64,000 bases of DNA from Clostridia bacterium (GTDB lineage Bacteria; Bacillota; Clostridia; Oscillospirales; CAG-272). The notes below the pieces were generated by a model. The model was not told the origin of the DNA. It worked only from the letters and a program-made list of their open reading frames with translations, and made no database searches. Below, in pieces: positions 57,558 through 64,000 of the stretch. Each line of letters begins with the position of its first letter. Positions within the stretch are counted from its first letter, which is position 1. The stretch lies in NCBI GenBank assembly GCA_017508665.1, contig JAFVYL010000013.1:3544-67543 (forward strand), read 5' to 3'. Made by a program: the position numbers and the translations under genes.

Positions 57558-57931
57558 GTGAGTGGCTTCGGGTATTGGCGTATGTTTTCCTCACTCTTTT
57601 TCTCGGCACTCTGTTGAAAGAGCTCGGCTTCAAGGGATCAAGACTCATATTTATTCTCGGCGCGGTCTCTCTTGTCGGGGCGGCTGTTATCTGCTTTGGA
57701 AAAATAATTTCCCTACTCCCCGGTGTCGGAGAAGAAGGGCGCAGATACGTCGTGGCTATGCTGAAAATAATAGGTGTAGGATACGCATTCGGTATCTGCT
57801 CGGATATCTGCTCGGAGCTTGGAGAGACAAGCCTCGGCAACGCGGTATGTCTGTTTGGCAGAATAGAGATCATCACACTTTCCGTTCCGTTTATAAAAAT
57901 GATAGTGGAAAAGGGAATAGAAATGATATGA
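57554..57931 (+). CDS. spoIIIAD: Stage III sporulation protein AD
   Basis: LKIIGVGY....SDICSELGE..LG......GR motif; operon position. Confidence 0.88.
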   Translation: MSEWLRVLAYVFLTLFLGTLLKELGFKGSRLIFILGAVSLVGAAVICFGKIISLLPGVGEEGRRYVVAMLKIIGVGYAFGICSDICSELGETSLGNAVCLFGRIEIITLSVPFIKMIVEKGIEMI

Positions 57932-59064
57932 TAAAATATAGGAAAAAAGTAAACAATAGCTTACATAAACTACTTAAAATCACACTTTTTACTGTAATGC
58001 TTGTTTCTTTTCTTTCCGTGGATTGCTTAGCGGCGGAGAAGGAAAGCGAGGAGATGATAAAGGAAGGTGTCGAGACAGTAATCGAGGATTTTAAGGCGGC
58101 TTTGCCGGATGGGAAAGGCGGCGAGGCTGATATGGAGCAGACTGTAAAATCTCTGGGAATAAAGCATATTCTTGAGAATGTCTGCAGTGAGATAGAGGGG
58201 CATAGCACAGAGATAGCATCCTTTCTTTTGGTTCTTCTCGGTGTGGGTATGATAAGCTCACTCGCCTCTCTTCATACGGGTGAGCTCGGTGCTCTCTCAT
58301 CACGCGCGGTGGGTATCACGGTATCGGCTCTCATCTTTGAAAGGCTTGTTTTCCTTGTCCGCGGAGCAGTGTCATCACTTGGTGAGATAGATAGCTTTTT
58401 TGCCGCGGTAATACCGATATGTATCTCGGTAAATTCTCTTGGAGCATCGCCTACTACAGCAGAAACTCAGGCACTTGGCATGGGATTGACCCTTGGCATA
58501 TATGCTTACATATCAAAGAAGCTGATATTGCCGATAGTGAGCTCGATATTTGTAACCTCTGCCGCTTCATCTATAGATCCTCTCTTCGGAAGAATAGCTA
58601 AGAGTGTGCGGGATGTATTTCTTTGGGGTATGGGTATTCTGACAGCTCTCGTCGGTGCTACCTTCTCGTTGCAGAGTGTTATATCCGCGAGTGCTGACAG
58701 TGCTGTGATGAGAAGCGCAAGGTATGCCATATCGGGCACTATACCGATAGTGGGCAGCTCAGTGTCTGGAGCTCTCGGCTTGGTTGCGGGCGGAGCATCC
58801 TATGCGAGGGGGATAGTGGGAGGCGGATCGATAGCGGTGATTATCGCACTGATAATCTCTCCTATTATCACCTTGCTGCTATACAGACTTGCTCTTAGGC
58901 TCGGGATCTTCTTTTTCTCTCTTGCATCCCTTGACGGCTCATCCGGAATCCTCTCCTCTTTCCTATACGCTATAGATTCCGCTCTTGCCGCATATTCCTT
59001 CACGTCGGTCATTTACGTGATAGAGCTTGTGGCGTTTTTGAAAGGGGGCGCATCTCTTGCTTAG
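57928..59064 (+). CDS. spoIIIAE: Stage III sporulation protein AE
   Basis: Multi-TM protein with AD....SA.Y...G.IPIVG..VS motif; ATG 57928 overlaps the AD stop (ATGA). Confidence 0.88.
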   Translation: MIKYRKKVNNSLHKLLKITLFTVMLVSFLSVDCLAAEKESEEMIKEGVETVIEDFKAALPDGKGGEADMEQTVKSLGIKHILENVCSEIEGHSTEIASFLLVLLGVGMISSLASLHTGELGALSSRAVGITVSALIFERLVFLVRGAVSSLGEIDSFFAAVIPICISVNSLGASPTTAETQALGMGLTLGIYAYISKKLILPIVSSIFVTSAASSIDPLFGRIAKSVRDVFLWGMGILTALVGATFSLQSVISASADSAVMRSARYAISGTIPIVGSSVSGALGLVAGGASYARGIVGGGSIAVIIALIISPIITLLLYRLALRLGIFFFSLASLDGSSGILSSFLYAIDSALAAYSFTSVIYVIELVAFLKGGASLA

Positions 59065-59518
59065 GGAATATTTTTCTGAGATAATTATTATCATGACCTT
59101 TGCCGCTATTCTGCTTGGCATAGCTCATCCGAAGCTGAAGGGGGCGACATCGTATAGCATAGGCGTTCTGATGATTTGCGTTATTTTGCTACCTTTAGTT
59201 GACATAATACGGGATTTTGACACAAAATCAATGTTTGACAGCATAAATATGGATCTTGAATACGATATTACTGATGATATGATCGAGGCCTCGTTTGAGG
59301 AGGGAATATCAGAATATATCGCGCAAAAGTACGGCGTCGACAAATCATGTGTTAGCGTTATGGCGGACGGCTTCGATATGGAACGGCTTCGCGCTGAGAG
59401 AATATACGTGACTCTGTCGGGCAGGGCAGTCTTTCTCGATTATAAAAAGATAGAAGACGAGGTTCGGAGTGAATTTACAAACGGAGGGGAATGTGAGGTG
59501 TCACTGAAAATTGAATAA
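59057..59518 (+). CDS. spoIIIAF: Stage III sporulation protein AF-like
   Basis: Two N-terminal TM segments plus a soluble C-domain; operon position. Confidence 0.65.
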   Translation: MLREYFSEIIIIMTFAAILLGIAHPKLKGATSYSIGVLMICVILLPLVDIIRDFDTKSMFDSINMDLEYDITDDMIEASFEEGISEYIAQKYGVDKSCVSVMADGFDMERLRAERIYVTLSGRAVFLDYKKIEDEVRSEFTNGGECEVSLKIE

Positions 59519-59879
59519 GAGATTTTTGAAATACATAAAAGAAAAACGAGAGCTGGTCAAGGTGATATCGGTTCTTGCTCTCGGAGTTGTGCTGATTTTT
59601 CTCGGCACAAGGATGCAAAAGGCGGAACCCATCTCCGAAGGTGACGTCGAGCAACGGATAAGTGCCGCTTGCTCAAAGATTGAGGGGGTGGGCGAGTGCG
59701 CGGTGTACGTGTATTACTCGCCCGGGGGCGAGCGTGACAGCACGGATGCAGTAGAGAGCGTGATAGTTATTTGCGAGGGGGCTGACTCTGTCGACGTCAG
59801 GCTCAGACTCACAAGGATGCTTTCATCCTTTTTCGGAATAGGCTCAAACCGAGTGAAGATCGAAAAAATGAAGGGGTGA
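59511..59879 (+). CDS. spoIIIAG: Stage III sporulation protein AG-like, short form
   Basis: N-terminal TM, SKIEGVG, VIVICEGADS..VR and GIGSNRVKIEKM motifs. Confidence 0.8.
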   Translation: MNKRFLKYIKEKRELVKVISVLALGVVLIFLGTRMQKAEPISEGDVEQRISAACSKIEGVGECAVYVYYSPGGERDSTDAVESVIVICEGADSVDVRLRLTRMLSSFFGIGSNRVKIEKMKG

Positions 59880-59894
59880 TTTTTGTATTATTTG

Positions 59895-59923
59895 GCATAT
59901 TCGCCCTGCGCTGTGCATAGCTT
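59895..59923 (+). promoter_or_regulatory. Candidate sigmaE promoter upstream of spoIIIAH
   Basis: GCATATT-14 bp-CATAGCTT. Confidence 0.6.
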
Positions 59924-59947
59924 GTAACAGTAACAAAACAAGGAGAA

Positions 59948-60508
59948 ATGAATATTATGAAAAACGAAAAACTTAAAAAGATGTTCTCATCTAAGCTCAC
60001 AAAAAGCCTTGCCGTATTTCTTGTGGTGCTTCTGATCGGCGCTGCCGTATTTGTAAACTACAAGCTCTTCTACGATCCGGTCGATGCAATGGGATACGGT
60101 GATGGAAATATGGAAAACCACTTTGGCGGATCTGTACAGACCGGCAACAGCGCGGACGGTGAGAACTACTTTACCGCGACCGCTCTTAACCGTCAGCAAT
60201 CCCGCGATGAAGCTATCGACGTGCTGAAGCTCGTCAGCGAGAGTGAGGAGTCGAGCGAGGAGGCAAAGGCGGAGGCGAGCGCAAAGCTTTCTCAAATTGC
60301 CGAAGATATGCAGAACGAAAGTAACATCGAGACACTCGTCAAGGCAAAGGGCTTCGAGGAGTGTGTAGCGGTAATTTCGGATAACTCCGTAAGCGTGATA
60401 GTAAGCGCGGAGTCACTGCAGGCGGCAGAGGCAGCACAGATACTCGCTATCGTTTACGACACTACCGGAATCAATCCTGAAAACGTAAGTATAGTTCCCA
60501 AGATCTAA
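59948..60508 (+). CDS. spoIIIAH: Stage III sporulation protein AH
   Basis: N-terminal TM, YF....L.RQQSRDE, E..IETLVKAKGFEECV motifs. Confidence 0.92.
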   Translation: MNIMKNEKLKKMFSSKLTKSLAVFLVVLLIGAAVFVNYKLFYDPVDAMGYGDGNMENHFGGSVQTGNSADGENYFTATALNRQQSRDEAIDVLKLVSESEESSEEAKAEASAKLSQIAEDMQNESNIETLVKAKGFEECVAVISDNSVSVIVSAESLQAAEAAQILAIVYDTTGINPENVSIVPKI

Positions 60509-60551
60509 AATGAGTCGGATGCGGTAGCATCGGAGACGGAAAAAACGAACA

Positions 60552-60597
60552 GGCGGACGGAAATACTCTGACACACGGAGCATTTTCGTCCGTTTAT
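60552..60597 (+). terminator. Terminator after spoIIIAH
   Basis: ggcggacggaaat...attttcgtccgtt stem. Confidence 0.55.
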
Positions 60598-60620
60598 TAT
60601 ATTAATATAATTTAAAAGCA

Positions 60621-60649
60621 TTGACACATACGCGAAGATATGATAAAAT
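60621..60649 (+). promoter_or_regulatory. sigmaA-type promoter for asd
   Basis: TTGACA-17 bp-TAAAAT with TG extension. Confidence 0.8.
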
Positions 60650-60681
60650 GTAATAGTTAAATATATTTTATGGAGATTTTT

Positions 60682-61764
60682 ATGCAAAAACTCAAGGTTG
60701 GTATTATCGGCGCTACCGGTATGGTAGGCCAAAGATTTATTATGCTTCTGAACGAGCATCCGTATTTTGAGATAAGTGCTCTCATCGCGAGCCCTCGCTC
60801 CGCAGGACAGAAATACGGCAAGGCTGTCCTTGGCAGATGGAAGATGGCGGATGCGTGTCCCGAGAGAATTCTCAATATGCAGGTCATCTCATCTGATGAC
60901 GTTGACACGGTCAAGAGTATCTGCGATTTCGTCTTCTGCGCGGTAAATATGTCTAAGGACGAAACGAGAGAGCTCGAGGAAAGGTACGCTAAAGCGGAGA
61001 TACCCGTCGTTTCAAACAACTCTGCCAACAGATGGACTCCCGACGTCCCTATGGTGATTCCCGAGATCAACGATTCGCACCTCGCTGTTATTGATTCGCA
61101 GAGGGAAAGACTTGGCACAAAGCACGGATTCATCGCGGTTAAGCCTAATTGCTCGATACAGTCGTACGTGCCTATGCTGACGCCCTTGCTGAAATACGGC
61201 ATTAAGGAGATCACAGTAACTACTTATCAGGCTATCAGCGGAGCGGGAAAGACCTTTAAAGAGTGGCCCGAGATGATAGATAACCTCATTCCGCATATAG
61301 GCGGCGAGGAGGAGAAGAGCGAGAGAGAACCCCTGAGAGTATGGGGGCGTGTTGAAAACGGAGCGGTAATTCCCGCTTCCTCACCCGCTATTACAAGTCA
61401 GTGTCTGCGTGTACCGGTTACCGACGGACATATGGCAGCAGTGTTTGTAAAGTTTGAAAACAAGCCTACTAAGGAGCAGATACTTGCCGATTGGCAGAGC
61501 TATAAGGGTAAGCCGCAGACACTCGGACTTCCTTCTGCTCCCGAGCAGTTCATCACCTACTTTGAGGAAGAAAACAGACCTCAGACGGGACTTGACCGCG
61601 ATTTATACGGAGGTATGGGCGTGAGCGTGGGCAGACTCCGCGAGGATAGCATCTACGACTACAAATTCGTAGGTCTGTCGCATAATACACTCAGAGGTGC
61701 GGCAGGCGGCGCTGTGCTTATCGCAGAGCTTCTGTACAGAGAGGGCTACCTAACAAAAGGATAA
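60682..61764 (+). CDS. asd: Aspartate-semialdehyde dehydrogenase
   Basis: GATGMVGQ, VKPNCS, QAISGAG, RVPVTDGH and HNTLRGAAGG motifs. Confidence 0.96.
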   Translation: MQKLKVGIIGATGMVGQRFIMLLNEHPYFEISALIASPRSAGQKYGKAVLGRWKMADACPERILNMQVISSDDVDTVKSICDFVFCAVNMSKDETRELEERYAKAEIPVVSNNSANRWTPDVPMVIPEINDSHLAVIDSQRERLGTKHGFIAVKPNCSIQSYVPMLTPLLKYGIKEITVTTYQAISGAGKTFKEWPEMIDNLIPHIGGEEEKSEREPLRVWGRVENGAVIPASSPAITSQCLRVPVTDGHMAAVFVKFENKPTKEQILADWQSYKGKPQTLGLPSAPEQFITYFEEENRPQTGLDRDLYGGMGVSVGRLREDSIYDYKFVGLSHNTLRGAAGGAVLIAELLYREGYLTKG

Positions 61765-61832
61765 CGGATTAAAGCATTACGGTATAGGGCGTGTATCGGT
61801 TATACGCCCAAAAAACAACAAGGACGGTAAAA

Positions 61833-62705
61833 ATGAACATATCAAAATACAAAGCACTCTTGACTGCGGTCGACATGGGCAGCCTTTCCGGTGCTGCTCA
61901 AAAGCTCGGATATACTCAGTCAGGACTAACACATATGATGAATGCGCTTGAGGACGAGTTCGGCTTCTCCATACTCCAGCGCGGATATTACGGTATCAAG
62001 CTCACCCCCGCGGGCGAGAGAATAATCCCGAGAGTAAGACAGCTCGTAATGTGCGAGGAAGCACTTGAGAACGAGGTGGAGCTCGTTAAATCCTTCGGTG
62101 ACAACGTGCTCAGAATAGGCGCGTTCTCCAGTATGGCAGGCACATGGCTTCCGAGTATTGTAGAAAGATTTAACAGAGAGTTCCCGGACATCACCGTAAA
62201 TATTCAGACCGGTACGGTTGCAGAGCTTTACGGCGGACTTGACGAGGGCAGATTCGACGTTTGCTTCGGTACAAAAAACTCCAAATACGATTTCAAGTGG
62301 TTCTCGCTTGAAAAGGACAGATTCTATGCGATACTCCCGAAAGACTATCCCATAGAGGGAGAGGAGTTCTATATATCACGCTTCAACGGTACAAAGTTCC
62401 TGATGCCCGGTCTTGGATTCGATGACGATATCAGTGCCGTGTTCTCTGAGAACAACGTACGCCCCTTCGTTACTCCTACCTACGTTGACGACCCCGCTAT
62501 TATTTCGATGGTTGAGCACGGTCTCGGAATCAGTATGCTCTCCGAGCTTATTATCACCGGACGTACTGACGCGGTTAAGGTTCTTCCCATCGTTCCCGAG
62601 GTGTCCCGTACCCTTGCTCTTTCAATGAAGCAGGACAAGGTGTTAACCTTGCCTCTCAAGCGCCTTGTCGCTATAACCAAGGACTTTGCGAAGAATAAAG
62701 TCTGA
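61833..62705 (+). CDS. LysR family transcriptional regulator
   Basis: GSLSGAAQKLGYTQSGLTH....LE..FG..LTPAG HTH; MVEHGLGISML. Confidence 0.95.
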   Translation: MNISKYKALLTAVDMGSLSGAAQKLGYTQSGLTHMMNALEDEFGFSILQRGYYGIKLTPAGERIIPRVRQLVMCEEALENEVELVKSFGDNVLRIGAFSSMAGTWLPSIVERFNREFPDITVNIQTGTVAELYGGLDEGRFDVCFGTKNSKYDFKWFSLEKDRFYAILPKDYPIEGEEFYISRFNGTKFLMPGLGFDDDISAVFSENNVRPFVTPTYVDDPAIISMVEHGLGISMLSELIITGRTDAVKVLPIVPEVSRTLALSMKQDKVLTLPLKRLVAITKDFAKNKV

Positions 62706-62777
62706 TTTTTGGTAGAATTGAATAAAATTCCCGTACATTTTTCGTCAGACGGAGAGTTGTTAATAACCCAAACTCTA

Positions 62778-62806
62778 TTGACAACTCTTTATTAAAAATG
62801 TATAAT
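62778..62806 (+). promoter_or_regulatory. Consensus sigmaA promoter for the lipoprotein pair
   Basis: TTGACA-17 bp-TATAAT. Confidence 0.85.
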
Positions 62807-62897
62807 TATTGTAGTAAACTTTATGGTGGTGGGTTATGCCCACACGCATTTATCCAGTTTTTACTCAAAAAATAACGAAAGGTTCTTGGGTATTAAG

Positions 62898-63590
62898 ATG
62901 AAAAAAGTTATTCTTATGCTTCTCGCGCTCTCTCTTCTCTGCCTTGCAGGATGTAAGGAGAAAAAGCCGAGCAAGAATGAAGATCCTCAGCCTACTCCCG
63001 CACCTGTGGTCGAGTCTGCTGTGGAAAAAATGTGCACGATCGCAAACGGATCTAAGCCTACTAAGACAATTACGCTTGTAACGCTTGTAACTAACGCAGA
63101 GGAGCCTGATACACTTACCGGCAGCTATTCTACCGTAACCGACGGCACCGATGTGATCTTTGAATACAGGTATCAGAGATTCAACACTCCCGCGGAGTCG
63201 CTCGAGACAGGCAACTACGACCGTATTTTGACATTCTCCGGAGTTGTTAACTATCACGACGGTGTATATTCCTCGGGTGAGGGTGACGAGTGGAGACCCG
63301 GCACGGGTACTGCGCTTGATCTCAAGCTCAACTTTGATGCCGACCTGTTTAAGAATGCTGTTGCAAATGAGGAAGGCAACGTACTCGAGGTTAAGTTTAC
63401 CGCCGAGGAGCTTAAAAGCTTCATTGGTACAAACCTTAATGCTGTAGGTGAGGCCACCGTAGTTATTACCCATAACGACGTTAATCTTAGCGCAGTAACC
63501 GTGACCTGTTCTACCGAGAACGGCAGTTTGACGATCAGAACCTCTTACACTTACAACGTTCAGGATCTCTTCCCTGAAGTTGACGAGTAA
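62898..63590 (+). CDS. Hypothetical lipoprotein
   Basis: MKKVILMLLALSLLCLAGC lipobox, Pro-rich linker, beta-rich body. Confidence 0.8.
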   Translation: MKKVILMLLALSLLCLAGCKEKKPSKNEDPQPTPAPVVESAVEKMCTIANGSKPTKTITLVTLVTNAEEPDTLTGSYSTVTDGTDVIFEYRYQRFNTPAESLETGNYDRILTFSGVVNYHDGVYSSGEGDEWRPGTGTALDLKLNFDADLFKNAVANEEGNVLEVKFTAEELKSFIGTNLNAVGEATVVITHNDVNLSAVTVTCSTENGSLTIRTSYTYNVQDLFPEVDE

Positions 63591-63648
63591 GGTTCCCAGT
63601 AAAATAAAATACCTAATCGGCAGAATAACCGGTTGAAAGGATGAAAAT

Positions 63649-64000
63649 ATGAAAAAAATAATTTTGTTACTTCTTGTTCTCGCTATCAGCGTGGCTACGT
63701 TTGCTTCCTGTAAAATCTTCAATAAGCCTCAGGAAGACCCCACCCCCGATCCTGTTGTTAAAGAGCCCTCTGCTCTTGAGAAGGTTACCGAGATGTACCG
63801 TAACAGCGCGCCCACAAAGGTAACTGCTACTACCACTCAGACCATTACCGAAGATATAGAGCTCGTTTGCGTATATGAGCTTGTTAACGGTAATGTGGAT
63901 AACGCACCCGCATCTGTGTACACAGAGAAGAAGCAGGAGCTTGAGACCGTTGAGGCAGGCGGTGGTACAGAAGTTATTAAGCCTCTCGTTAAAGAGACTG
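63649..64000 (+). CDS. Hypothetical lipoprotein, paralogue of the upstream gene, truncated by the window end
   Basis: My translation: MKKIILLLLVLAISVATFASCKIFNKPQEDPTPDPVVKEPSALEKVTEMYRNSAPTKVT..., open to the edge; gaaagga RBS; not in the ORF track. Confidence 0.8.
   Translation, partial: MKKIILLLLVLAISVATFASCKIFNKPQEDPTPDPVVKEPSALEKVTEMYRNSAPTKVTATTTQTITEDIELVCVYELVNGNVDNAPASVYTEKKQELETVEAGGGTEVIKPLVKET

Noticed and set aside
57562-57927. N-terminal extension of the 500 aa ORF overlapping spoIIIAD
   Set aside because: Alternative frame of spoIIIAD; spoIIIAE more plausibly starts at ATG 57928, coupled to the AD stop

Overview
A chromosomal segment from a Firmicute (Clostridia-like, judged from the spoIIE, spoIIIAA-AH, dpaAB, gerA-family and abrB genes, a T-box riboswitch and near-consensus sigmaA promoters). 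It is mostly housekeeping genes (ctpA-like, rsmE, prmA, ribF, rlmL-like, truB, addA, birA, ileS, trpS, rnhA, asd, kdgK) and sporulation genes. I see no prophage, transposase, rRNA, tRNA or CRISPR array. The least explained part is a ~13 kb co-oriented block (27372-40242). It encodes a GldA/GldF-like ABC exporter, two GldG-like membrane accessory proteins, a 976 aa membrane-anchored protein, and two membrane-anchored trigger-factor/FKBP-like proteins that lack the ribosome-binding domain; one of these is split by a single-base frameshift. This block is my best candidate for an undescribed export-and-folding system. Other items: a secreted/cytoplasmic pair of heparinase II/III-like paralogues, a sensor kinase with a 10 x 21 bp coding repeat, two palindromic REP/MITE-like intergenic elements, a T-box with a non-canonical antiterminator bulge, and a candidate attenuator upstream of dpaA. 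All family assignments come from recognising motifs by eye, not from database searches.
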